Shown here: piece by piece, positions 1 through 9,108 of the stretch | Position numbering within the stretch: position 1 is the first letter of the stretch | How the letters are laid out: every line of letters begins with the position of its first letter | From: a virus | DNA length: 64,000 nucleotides | Virus record (IMG/VR): IMGVR_UViG_3300045988_182790 | Reading direction: 5' to 3' (one strand) | Translations under genes and position numbers: made by a program | The notes under the pieces: generated by a model | Told to the model about the DNA's origin: nothing | Seen by the model: the letters and a program-made list of their open reading frames with translations, nothing else | Database searches by the model: none

Positions 1-65
1 ATGAAATTCAAAATCAAATTAAGGCACAAAAAATACAGACCATAAAAATGGCCTGTATGAAAAGT

Positions 66-656
66 TTACGAGATGAAACCCCAGTACTCCGCATCGTACT
101 CTGATAGCTTCATCCTCTGTTTTTTCTTTTTGTGAACCTTGACCGCTTCACTAAAGTCGTAATTTGCGATTTGGCGAAGAGCTTCGTTCACTTTGCTTGA
201 TGGAGTGTCGAGCATTAATTTATGCTCATGGAATCCCTTCATTGCATGGCCATCCTGCCTTTGTCTTGCAGTCTGACAATAGTTATTGTGAAATAATCTG
301 ACCTCTCCTATAGAAAAATCAATATAGAAAGTATCGCCTTTCTTTTTCACATATAACTTCTCCCCATGCAATTCCAACTTACACTTGTTCTCCACGAGCA
401 ATTTGTGGAGTGTGGCATTAGTGATTTCGTAATCGTGTACAAGTCTTTCATATGACTTATAATTTTTCACAATATCACTCGCACTCTCCGTAATGAAAAC
501 CATCGCTGCGCACATCGGACAGGTTTTCATCTTTTTGGGATTAAATTTGTCTATAACTTCAAGTCCCTCAATATCCCAATCTTGAATTTTAGGACAAGTA
601 GGCATATGGACAATCCTTGCTCCGCCTATTGTACGAAGAATTTTAATGTCAGCCAT
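66..656 (-). CDS. hypothetical Cys-rich protein (196 aa)
   Basis: Intact ORF, minus strand like neighbours. Several CxxC-like pairs (CPKIQ...CPMC). No recognisable catalytic motifs. Confidence 0.45.
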   Translation of the reverse strand: MADIKILRTIGGARIVHMPTCPKIQDWDIEGLEVIDKFNPKKMKTCPMCAAMVFITESASDIVKNYKSYERLVHDYEITNATLHKLLVENKCKLELHGEKLYVKKKGDTFYIDFSIGEVRLFHNNYCQTARQRQDGHAMKGFHEHKLMLDTPSSKVNEALRQIANYDFSEAVKVHKKKKQRMKLSEYDAEYWGFIS

Positions 657-657
657 A

Positions 658-963
658 TTATTGCACCCCCTCTTTTAATTCAACAGGAAGTAGCAACTTT
701 ATGCGCTCCGATTCTGTGTCAGATAACCATGCAATAAATCCATCCTTGTTAGCATGATTACATTTGCTTGACACAGGACAATTAGCGCAACCTCCGTTTA
801 CTGACTGCTCCTTACACATAGCAAGTCCTGTAGCTATCTCACCAGAGGACTCAAAAGGTCTTGTTGTTAAATTAGCTGACAATTCTTTAACAGCCCTATC
901 TAACAACACCATTCCTAACGGAAACTGTTTCAGCTCCATTAGTTTTTGATAGTTTGTACTCAT
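658..963 (-). CDS. hypothetical small Cys-rich protein (101 aa)
   Basis: ORF with CANCP...C..C cluster. Class-A upstream motif (AATATGAGATTTG on + strand at 1006-1018) about 45 nt before its start. Confidence 0.45.
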   Translation of the reverse strand: MSTNYQKLMELKQFPLGMVLLDRAVKELSANLTTRPFESSGEIATGLAMCKEQSVNGGCANCPVSSKCNHANKDGFIAWLSDTESERIKLLLPVELKEGVQ

Positions 964-1056
964 ATCTTAGTACCTCCCTTTCGTAATTTTATAAAGTTCA
1001 AGTAAAATATGAGATTTGTAAAACAAATAAGACCACTCGTTTGAGTGGCCTATTAA

Positions 1057-3159
1057 CTATTGAAGCATTTCAACAAGTCTTGTATTTCGTTTTATGTCAG
1101 AAGTATTTGAAATGCATCTTGTAATGGCATTTCCAGTAAACACAATTACTACTAAGCATTTTGCTCTTGTAACTGCAGTATAAAATAATCTTCTTGTCAT
1201 CATATGACTCATAGTCTCTGGCAGATAAATAATGATTATAGGATTTTCACTTCCCTGAGATTTGTGAATGGTATATGAATAGGCAAGTTCCATGTCAGAT
1301 AAAACACTTCTCTCATAAACTTTTATCCCATCGTCCATTTGAACACAAACTTCTTCTCTGTCAATATAAGTAATAACACCCATATCTCCATTAACATAAT
1401 CTGCATCCTTATTATTGCTTTTAAAAATTATTTTATCTTTTACCATTGGAGCTGGAGAAATTTCATTATTTAAAGAATTATGAATGATTTTCTTATGAAC
1501 AAATTGGTTCATTGCATAAGTTCCAGCTGAACCTTTTCTTGATGGCTCAATTAATTGAGTCTTAAAAGGATTATTAACGTCATAATATTTTTCCATTAAT
1601 GCACTGAGAGCTTTATATGCGTCATCATCATCTTTTGCTCTATACATTATGAAATCATCATGCAGTTCAGGTATCTCGCCTTTTAAAATTCTTTTGCTAT
1701 TTTCATAAATTGAGCCACCATTACCTTGACGAAAATTCTCTTCCAAACGATACACATTAAATTTTCCGCTTGTTATCAAGTCATGAAGAACATTGCCTGC
1801 ACCGATTGATGGCAACTGATTTTCATCACCCACAATGATGATTTGTGTTTTGTTAGAAGTTGCTTTGAAAAGGGTTCCAGCGAGAGCCGCGGAAACCATT
1901 GAAAATTCATCAATTATCATTAAGTCTGCATCAACTTCATCAAACTGATACGAAATGGAAAATTCATCATCTGCATTGTCTGGCTGAATTCCAATTGTTT
2001 TATGAATTGTCCGAGCTTTCATCCCTGTTGATTCAGACATTCGCTTTGCGGCTCGTCCAGTTGGGGCACACAAAACAATAGTCGCATCAGGGTATTCTTT
2101 CATGAATTTAATGATAATTCCATTAATTGTTGTAGTTTTTCCTGTACCTGGCCCTCCAGTAATGATACTTACTCCGTCTTTTAATGCTCCAAACGATTTT
2201 TTCTGGTCATTTCCATATTTGATTTGTAATTCATTTTCAATCTCTGTAATATCAGTATCAGTTATTTCAATATCATTTTTTTTATCATTTATCTCAGCTA
2301 ATCTCTTAGCGATAGTTTTTTCTGCAATAAACAGTGATTTTAAAGAGATTGTTTTGCCTATTGTGATAAAATCTTCTGAGTTTTCAAGTTCGTTTGCAAC
2401 AAGAACTCTTGATATTGGAGCTTTGTACAATGAATTTCTTGATGTCATATCAATATGTTTTATAAGCACTTTAGGTTTTACCCATGTATGTCCCTGTCTT
2501 GCTGCACAAATAAGTGCCCATTTGATAAGACCGTGAATTCTTATATTGTCGTAATAATCCATTTCGACATCATAGGCAATTGCATCTGCGGTTTTAAAAT
2601 CTAATCCAAAGGAATAACAAATATTGTATGGAGACTTTTTTATTATCTCGATGGCATCTTCTTTATATACTGAATATATGCTCATTATAGATTTTGAATC
2701 CATATATTGTTCTAAAAAAGACTTTACTTTGATAAGATTTTCGTCAATGCAGAAAATGGCATTAATTATTGTTATCACTTTCTTTTCAGTGAGTTTTGGA
2801 AAATCTGATTTTAATTGTTCTTCCAATCCTTGTTTTGTCATTGAAAAGAGATTTTCTTTGTACTTTCTTACGATTGGAGCAATCGTTGACTGTCCAATAC
2901 CTTTACAATTTGATGTCAAATATTTTATTGTTGCAGTTTCGTTCACCCAAGTGGGAATAACTGATGTACAAATAAAAGTTTTGCCTATATAATCGCCATG
3001 ACATTCTACAGTAAGGTTTTCAGATAGTCCTTCCAAATCGGACTGGCACCATACTCTTCCAGCCTTGTCTCTTTTTGCATATCTATCTGTGGTTCCGAGG
3101 AGGAACTTGTCTGGTTCATCATTTGGTTCTAATTTCTTAATAATTCCTTTTAAAATCAT
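1057..3159 (-). CDS. RecD/Dda-like SF1 DNA helicase
   Basis: Walker A GGPGTGKTT; motif Ia LCAPTGRAAKRM; motif II IIDEFSMV; motif III IVGDENQLPSIGAG; motif V HKSQGSE; motif VI YTAVTRAK. Confidence 0.85.
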   Translation of the reverse strand: MILKGIIKKLEPNDEPDKFLLGTTDRYAKRDKAGRVWCQSDLEGLSENLTVECHGDYIGKTFICTSVIPTWVNETATIKYLTSNCKGIGQSTIAPIVRKYKENLFSMTKQGLEEQLKSDFPKLTEKKVITIINAIFCIDENLIKVKSFLEQYMDSKSIMSIYSVYKEDAIEIIKKSPYNICYSFGLDFKTADAIAYDVEMDYYDNIRIHGLIKWALICAARQGHTWVKPKVLIKHIDMTSRNSLYKAPISRVLVANELENSEDFITIGKTISLKSLFIAEKTIAKRLAEINDKKNDIEITDTDITEIENELQIKYGNDQKKSFGALKDGVSIITGGPGTGKTTTINGIIIKFMKEYPDATIVLCAPTGRAAKRMSESTGMKARTIHKTIGIQPDNADDEFSISYQFDEVDADLMIIDEFSMVSAALAGTLFKATSNKTQIIIVGDENQLPSIGAGNVLHDLITSGKFNVYRLEENFRQGNGGSIYENSKRILKGEIPELHDDFIMYRAKDDDDAYKALSALMEKYYDVNNPFKTQLIEPSRKGSAGTYAMNQFVHKKIIHNSLNNEISPAPMVKDKIIFKSNNKDADYVNGDMGVITYIDREEVCVQMDDGIKVYERSVLSDMELAYSYTIHKSQGSENPIIIIYLPETMSHMMTRRLFYTAVTRAKCLVVIVFTGNAITRCISNTSDIKRNTRLVEMLQ

Positions 3160-3395
3160 AGTTACCGCCTCTTTTTATTAAAATGAGGGGCAAAATGCCC
3201 CTCGGCTTTGGTAATTGTGGGAGTTTAGTCTTTTTCGCCAATCACTCCCAACTGTTCCAACACAGCAAGTGCTGTAGGAACGATAATACAGAAAAAGGTA
3301 CAATAGCAAATTCCCCAAGTATTCATGGTTTTTGCTCCTTTCATTGTAAAAACTGTATTATTGGTTACAGTCATATAGTGGGTGGAAATAAAGAT

Positions 3396-3431
3396 TTGTT
3401 CAAAAAAAGAGGAAAATTATTTTCCTCTTTT
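3396..3431. terminator. bidirectional rho-independent terminator
   Basis: Hairpin AGAGGAAAATtATTTTCCTCT flanked by an A-run and a T-run, directly after the stop of the 3431-5083 gene. Confidence 0.55.
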
Positions 3432-5083
3432 TAGCAAGCATTTTTTCTCTTTTTAGCGATTTCGTATTTAAGTCTTTCAATGATAATAGATGCTTCCTGT
3501 TTGCTGATATTCAGCATACTGTCGTCAATTTCTCGGCCTGCCTGCTCTGCAAGATTTTTTATAAACTGAATCTGTTTAATTGATGCAAATTGATTGCTCC
3601 AGCTATTCTTTTTGCTCCATAATGGTCTTGCTGCAGCATGATATGTTTCAAGATATTCTTTCACATGGTTAATGTTTGTTTGAATATCTGCTGGCTGATG
3701 CTGGTGTAATACAGCGTTGCCTTTCTTAATTACTGCTGACGTTATTCCTCTGGCATCTGTTTGAGGAATGGTGATTGATATTCCATCTCCAATTGATAGC
3801 CTAAGAGATTGGTCTGGCATTAGGATGAAATTCAAATCGTTTAGGTCAAAATTTTCATCCTCGGCAAAAAGATTGACCTTTTTTGCACCACGAATCCAGC
3901 TAACAGGGGTATCTGTGAGAACCTCAATAAGTTCACCTATTTCTGTAAGTTTACCGCGCAACTTAGTCTTATCTTTTACAAGGTCAGTTCCAAGGCCAAA
4001 TAATGTTGGAGCTGTACATATATCCAATCGCCCTGTAACACCCACACAATCAATTAATGTAAGTGTTTCCTTGCCAGGATATAGTCTTAATCCTCGCCCC
4101 ACTGCCTGATTATAAAGAGACTGATTGTTTGTAGGTCTTGCCATAATAACTGTTTCAATGAGAGGAATATCTGTACCCTCAGTAAAAACCATACAATTAA
4201 CAAGGCAAGGTATCTCTCTGTTCGTAAATCTCTCGATAATTTCAGCCCTATTTGGAGTATCTCCTGTAACTACTATAGAATTAGGAATATGGTCTGCAAT
4301 ACTATTGGCATGAGCAACGTTTGCCGCAAAAATGAGTGTTTGTCCTTTTGCGTACTGATGATATGCGTCGGCAACAGCTTCTACAACTTCTGGACGGTTG
4401 ATTGCATCACACAATTCATTAACTTTGAAATCGCCCATTTGTTTATGAACCTTTCTGAGGTCAAAGCCAACATCTACCTGAATACAATCAATATCAGTTA
4501 AAAATCCGTTTTTAATTGCCCACTTTATGTCTTTGGTATAAATAATGTCATCAAAAATTTTGTTTAAGTCAGCTTTATCGGCTCTATCTGGTGTAGCCGT
4601 AAAGCCAAGATGAACCCTTGGTTTGAAATAATCGTAAATCTTCCTATATGAATTAGCTGTTGCATGATGAGCTTCATCCGTAATAATGGTATCAAAATCG
4701 TATGGGTCAAACTTATCCAGTCTTCTGACAAGTGTTTGCACTGACGCAGACACCACCTCTTCGCCATTTGAATGTTCTTTCCCCTGCTCTATTCCAAATG
4801 AGCAGTCAAAATATTTCTCTGGCTGATGAACAAGCTCTTCTCTATGAGAAAGAATTAAGACTCTGCCTCTTCTTGGTAAATGAGAAAAAATAAATGTCTT
4901 GCCCAGTCCAGTCGCTAATACACACAAATAACTTCCAGCACCAGCATTTTCAATCGCATCAATGCACTCTTTTTGATAAGGTCTTAGTGTACTCTGGTCT
5001 GGAATATGTGGTGGGTCAAATATGATAGTTGATTTTTCCTTTGCGGTTTTGTTTTCACTTCTATTTTTCTTATTCTTTGCCAT
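3431..5083 (-). CDS. SF2 DEAH-box helicase (type III Res/UvsW-like)
   Basis: Motif I ATGLGKTF; motif II ITDEAHHA; motif III FTATP; motif VI QAVGRGLR. Confidence 0.8.
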   Translation of the reverse strand: MAKNKKNRSENKTAKEKSTIIFDPPHIPDQSTLRPYQKECIDAIENAGAGSYLCVLATGLGKTFIFSHLPRRGRVLILSHREELVHQPEKYFDCSFGIEQGKEHSNGEEVVSASVQTLVRRLDKFDPYDFDTIITDEAHHATANSYRKIYDYFKPRVHLGFTATPDRADKADLNKIFDDIIYTKDIKWAIKNGFLTDIDCIQVDVGFDLRKVHKQMGDFKVNELCDAINRPEVVEAVADAYHQYAKGQTLIFAANVAHANSIADHIPNSIVVTGDTPNRAEIIERFTNREIPCLVNCMVFTEGTDIPLIETVIMARPTNNQSLYNQAVGRGLRLYPGKETLTLIDCVGVTGRLDICTAPTLFGLGTDLVKDKTKLRGKLTEIGELIEVLTDTPVSWIRGAKKVNLFAEDENFDLNDLNFILMPDQSLRLSIGDGISITIPQTDARGITSAVIKKGNAVLHQHQPADIQTNINHVKEYLETYHAAARPLWSKKNSWSNQFASIKQIQFIKNLAEQAGREIDDSMLNISKQEASIIIERLKYEIAKKRKNAC

Positions 5084-5400
5084 TATTTTTTCATCCTTTT
5101 TGCTTTATGTATACTGATGTATTTGTTAGCACTTTGAGATTTTAAGAAAGTGCATTTGTAATACACAGCATTCTTTTTTATTGTCATTTCCTGAGGTTCG
5201 CCTGCAATCATAAGCCTTGCTAATCCATCCACAAAAAACACATCTATAGCGTATAATTGCTCAGGATTAATTTTGTATCTTGATTTAACAATCATATTTT
5301 TGTCAGACAGTTCAGTAATAACAGCATCATAATCCTGTTTTACATTCTGCTTTTTGCTAACAAAAGTTGCCATACATTCTATATTTTTCTTTTCTTCCAT
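5083..5400 (-). CDS. hypothetical protein (105 aa)
   Basis: Intact ORF with a class-B-like upstream motif (CATAGTGGATATTTTT at 5433-5448 on the + strand). Confidence 0.45.
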   Translation of the reverse strand: MEEKKNIECMATFVSKKQNVKQDYDAVITELSDKNMIVKSRYKINPEQLYAIDVFFVDGLARLMIAGEPQEMTIKKNAVYYKCTFLKSQSANKYISIHKAKRMKK

Positions 5401-5550
5401 TTAAAAACCTCGATTTACATTCTTTATGCAGACATAGTGGATATTTTTGGAAATTTGTTTTATAAAAATTTGATTTTTCATAAAATATTTTCAAAAAAGT
5501 ACCTACTATGTGAATAGAACAATAATTATAAGAAAGGAAGATTATATTTT

Positions 5551-6405
5551 ATGACTAATCAGCGATGTTACAAAGCAATTAAAGATACATCTTTTATAAA
5601 TACTGTAAATAAAATGCGTTCAACTGGTTCGCCTGCTTATGTTTGTTCTATAGAAACGACAGGACTTAATTCATATGACAATGAAATAATCTGCATTGAT
5701 GTTATAAAATGTCATTTTGAAGGAGCTGACTTAATAAAAGATGGCGAAAAGCGTTTTTTATGTAAACCAGAAACTCCATTATCAGAAGAAATTGAAAATA
5801 TTTCTGGAATTACCAATGAAATGTTAAGTACAGCTTTAGATGTTGAGACAATGATGAGCGAATTTGTTTCTGCCATAGGAAGTTCTCCTAACATTGTTGG
5901 GTTTAATATCATTGATTTCTGTTCTCCATTCTTCAAAATGGCTGGATTTAACAGTGGATATATGCCTGATTTATCTTCTGCCATTGATTTAATGTCGATT
6001 GCAAAAGCAACTCTTCCACTAGGAAGTTATAAGCTTAAAACAATTTGTAAAGCGCTGGGAATTAACGAAGCTGATTGCTTATCATCTGTTGTTTCTAGCA
6101 AGGCAAATATGAAATTTGAAGTATTTAAACAAATTTGTTCTCTTGTTCCTGCAGGAACCGAAGTTGCAGAGATTTTGGATATGAAATACTGGAAGAAATC
6201 ATATAATTGCAGATTTATTTATGTGTATACCAATTTTGGCAAAGTTGCTTTTAATTGCAAAACATTATACTGGCAGGAATGTGATGACGGATTTTTTGAT
6301 GTTGTAGACCTTGATAAGTTGTCATTAACCATTTGCCAGACATATAATTGCGCAAATATGTTTGAATTTGTAAAAAAGTTTGAAGCTAAACAGGGGGTAA
6401 AATAA
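5551..6405 (+). CDS. DnaQ-like (DEDD) 3'-5' exonuclease-fold protein, possibly inactive
   Basis: Exo I-like VCSIETTGL, but the first Asp is replaced by Ser. Exo II-like GFNIIDF. Exo III region NEADCLSS has no His. RBS AAAGGAAG 8 nt before the ATG. One of the few plus-strand genes. Confidence 0.5.
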   Translation: MTNQRCYKAIKDTSFINTVNKMRSTGSPAYVCSIETTGLNSYDNEIICIDVIKCHFEGADLIKDGEKRFLCKPETPLSEEIENISGITNEMLSTALDVETMMSEFVSAIGSSPNIVGFNIIDFCSPFFKMAGFNSGYMPDLSSAIDLMSIAKATLPLGSYKLKTICKALGINEADCLSSVVSSKANMKFEVFKQICSLVPAGTEVAEILDMKYWKKSYNCRFIYVYTNFGKVAFNCKTLYWQECDDGFFDVVDLDKLSLTICQTYNCANMFEFVKKFEAKQGVK

Positions 6406-6440
6406 GAGAGGCTGTTAATTAGCCTCTCTCTTTTTTTTTG
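6406..6440. terminator. bidirectional terminator
   Basis: Hairpin GAGAGGCTgttaattAGCCTCTC followed by T9. Confidence 0.55.
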
Positions 6441-6761
6441 CTAGATGACCTTAATTATCAGCCAGCATATATCAATCATAATCAGCATAAATACAAACAT
6501 AAACGATATTGGGCCATCCGTCGCTGCAAGCTTATTTTCTTCACCCTGTTCATTAAAGCGATTGTTTATTTTCCGACTCTCTTTTTTCTGCTTTCTCCAT
6601 TTGACGATAGATGATAAAATTACTGCAATCGCAATAATATTTATTGCAATAAAAAGCTTATCGAGAGATTTAACTTTGGTAATGAAAGTTTGCATGAAGC
6701 TTATCATTTGTGGACTAAGATATGTAAGTGTTATCATAAAATTCATAGAGGGGAAACCCAC
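6441..6761 (-). CDS. small membrane protein (about 100 aa)
   Basis: Two hydrophobic helices. Preferred over the overlapping + ORF 6445-6900 because of strand context. Start may be the internal ATG (MNFMITL). Confidence 0.35.
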   Translation of the reverse strand: MGFPSMNFMITLTYLSPQMISFMQTFITKVKSLDKLFIAINIIAIAVILSSIVKWRKQKKESRKINNRFNEQGEENKLAATDGPISFMFVFMLIMIDICWLIIKVI

Positions 6762-6850
6762 AGGCTTGCCTATGGGAGGAACCGCCTTTAACCTACCTTT
6801 CTTTGTTCTGTTAAATAATTTTTATGCATCTCTATTTAGTAGTGGGTTGC

Positions 6851-8116
6851 TCACTTTTTCTCAATGCCTCTCTTTGCGTAGCAATGTGGACATTCAATAA
6901 AATGAACCCCTTCTGGCAGGAAAGTTATATCTTCATCACTTTCTTCGCCACAAATTGGGCACGTCATATGTTCTATCTGATGAACAACCGCTGTATGAAA
7001 CTCTTTTGTTTTTTCATCTACGTCATATAACTTGGCGTATAATTCGCTTGTAACATCATCCGAGATTTTAAGATACATTACGCACCATTGCTGATTAAAT
7101 TTGTTGGTTTTTAAGCAATCTCTCATCTTGTTGAGCATAACATTCCATCTTGCGTTCTTTAAACCAGCAATATAGTCTATAGTCTCTTTATAAAGAACTT
7201 TGATTTTATCAAGCTCCTTTTTATTGTTTTCCTTCTCTTCTTTTGACAATCCTCTTTTCTTCTTTTTATCAGAGGTCTTTTCTTCTGATACGTTAGAGGC
7301 TTTTTCTTTTGCAGGCTTTGGAACATCCTGAGGCTTTGGAATTTCTTTATCAGGTTTTATTTTTACTGGTTTATCCAATTTATTTTCCAATTCGACTGGT
7401 TCAACTGCTTTATCTCTAATAGATGAATGTTCTGCTGATTTATTGATAGCATCAGAAACCTTTTCTAATGCTTTTTCGGTTTCAATAACTACATCAGAGG
7501 TTAATTTGAACTCATCTTTTTCTTTGTTTTCGGTTTCTGGTATTGCATCTTTTACAATCTCTTTTGCTGTTACATTTTCTGCAACTGTGTCTTCTGTGAT
7601 ATTGTCTTCTGAGACTATATTTTCTGGCACAGTATCCTTTTCCACCCAAAGGAAATCTTTTTCTGTTAAGACATCATCATCACTGTTTGAGTAATGAGAA
7701 AGTAACACATTGTTAACAATTGTTTCATTATCAATATCCTGTAAATGATACTGTTTATAAATTTCATCTTTGTTAATTTTTGAACAGTCAAGACCTATAG
7801 CATCAAATAAAGTCTCGATTGCAGGATTTTTGAATCCTGAAACATCAAAAGAGTTAACTTTGTTATGACTGCATTCATTTGTATGAATATAAATTGTATT
7901 CGGCTCCTCTGCCATATTTTCTTTATCTGCAGTAAGAATACAGTTTATATCTTTGTCAGAAAATAATTCCATCTCATTTTCTATCACACATTCAATACTT
8001 TCAGGTTCGCCTATGAACTTTATGTGTGAAAAAAGACCTTTACCTTTACGGTTTATGTAAATTTTGTTAAATACTGCCAACTCTGGACAAAAATCTTTAC
8101 ACCAATCTGTTTGCAT
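6851..8116 (-). CDS. hypothetical acidic/K-E-rich protein with C-terminal zinc ribbon
   Basis: C-terminus CPICGEE...CPHC. Long low-complexity K/E/D central region. Class-A motif at 8148-8160. Confidence 0.5.
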   Translation of the reverse strand: MQTDWCKDFCPELAVFNKIYINRKGKGLFSHIKFIGEPESIECVIENEMELFSDKDINCILTADKENMAEEPNTIYIHTNECSHNKVNSFDVSGFKNPAIETLFDAIGLDCSKINKDEIYKQYHLQDIDNETIVNNVLLSHYSNSDDDVLTEKDFLWVEKDTVPENIVSEDNITEDTVAENVTAKEIVKDAIPETENKEKDEFKLTSDVVIETEKALEKVSDAINKSAEHSSIRDKAVEPVELENKLDKPVKIKPDKEIPKPQDVPKPAKEKASNVSEEKTSDKKKKRGLSKEEKENNKKELDKIKVLYKETIDYIAGLKNARWNVMLNKMRDCLKTNKFNQQWCVMYLKISDDVTSELYAKLYDVDEKTKEFHTAVVHQIEHMTCPICGEESDEDITFLPEGVHFIECPHCYAKRGIEKK

Positions 8117-8245
8117 TGAATTACTTCCTTTCTTTTGTATTTATACTAAATATGAAATGTCTAAAAATAAGTTAATTGCGTATAGACATATGAAGAAAAA
8201 TATCTACAATATAAGTAGAGATATTTTACGAAAGGAAGATGAAAA

Positions 8246-9061
8246 ATGGATTTTTGGGATATATTGGGAGAAATTCGAATGTATTTGTCACAAACTTATG
8301 CAAGAGGAATTTTCAGATTTAGGCGCTTTTCATCAAGTGATGAAGAAGCTACAAGAAAAAGATTTGAACATTCACGTGCAATGGAAGCTGGTTCGAGAAA
8401 TCTTATAGTTGGTGATGATATATTTGAACAGGACGAATCTGATAAATTAGATAATGCTTATCGAAATACAGTGATGGGACATTTGCTTAGAGAAAATACT
8501 GTTTTTGAGTTTGTATTCATGTTTTGGCTTACAATATTTATGTTTGTAACTTTTAAATATCCTTACAAAAACAATATTTTTGTTACCGCGAGCTCTCTTG
8601 AAAAATATGTTCTTGCTGGAATAATATCTTTTCTTGGAGCAATGTGTGCAGCAATTATTCTTGAATCTGACAGAGATACAGCAAGCAGAGTTGTTCTTAC
8701 AGATGTATATGTTTTAGCTCCTAGACAAAGAGGTTGGCATTCGCCTATTATGTTTTTATTACCTTCTATTGGGCCTGTTACAGCAATATTTGTTACAAAA
8801 GCGCTTGGTTTTACGACTGTATCTGGCTGGCTAAAACTATTTACTATTTCTTGGTTTATTGGAGCGTTTTTAGATTTACTTGCAAATACTTTTACTGTGT
8901 ATGGAGTTATGTGGCTGTTTCCGCTTACAAAAAAGCGTTTTCATTTCCCAAGAGTGATTTGTGTTAAAGATTTGGCAGAAGAATGGATTTTTAAAGTTAC
9001 ATTTTTCATTATAAACCTTGTTATAGAAATTGTTCTTGCGAGAATGATGTTTCGTTTTTAA
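8246..9061 (+). CDS. polytopic membrane protein (271 aa)
   Basis: At least five hydrophobic helices. Plus-strand gene ending at the shared terminator at 9066-9104. Confidence 0.5.
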   Translation: MDFWDILGEIRMYLSQTYARGIFRFRRFSSSDEEATRKRFEHSRAMEAGSRNLIVGDDIFEQDESDKLDNAYRNTVMGHLLRENTVFEFVFMFWLTIFMFVTFKYPYKNNIFVTASSLEKYVLAGIISFLGAMCAAIILESDRDTASRVVLTDVYVLAPRQRGWHSPIMFLLPSIGPVTAIFVTKALGFTTVSGWLKLFTISWFIGAFLDLLANTFTVYGVMWLFPLTKKRFHFPRVICVKDLAEEWIFKVTFFIINLVIEIVLARMMFRF

Positions 9062-9065
9062 TATA

Positions 9066-9104
9066 AAAAAAGACCTGTCCGAAAAATGGATAGGTCTTTT
9101 TTTT
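9066..9104. terminator. bidirectional terminator
   Basis: AGACCTGTCCgaaaaatGGATAGGTCT flanked by A- and T-runs, between convergent genes. Confidence 0.6.
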
Positions 9105-9108
9105 TAGA

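Noticed and set aside
1003-1018. Reading the class-A motif on the opposite strand as a Bacteroidetes-type -7 element (TAnnTTTG).
   Set aside because: Genes have strong AGGAGG Shine-Dalgarno sites and the motif is oriented with the coding strand. The Bacteroidetes consensus does not fit in that orientation.
1899-2992. Plus-strand ORFs (60-144 aa) nested inside the RecD-like gene, and many similar antisense ORFs elsewhere (for example 3768-4109, 7443-7694, 35349-35906, 60517-60774).
   Set aside because: They lie wholly inside well-supported minus-strand genes, lack RBS and promoter motifs, and are low-complexity translations of the opposite strand.
3183-3434. Plus-strand 83-aa ORF between the helicase genes.
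   Set aside because: It spans a bidirectional terminator and a class-B motif. A short minus-strand membrane ORF (about 38 aa, 3220-3337) fits the context better, but is too small to call with confidence.
6445-6900. Plus-strand 151-aa ORF.
   Set aside because: It overlaps both the minus-strand membrane ORF and the 3' end of the 6851-8116 gene. Strand context and the terminator position favour the minus ORF.
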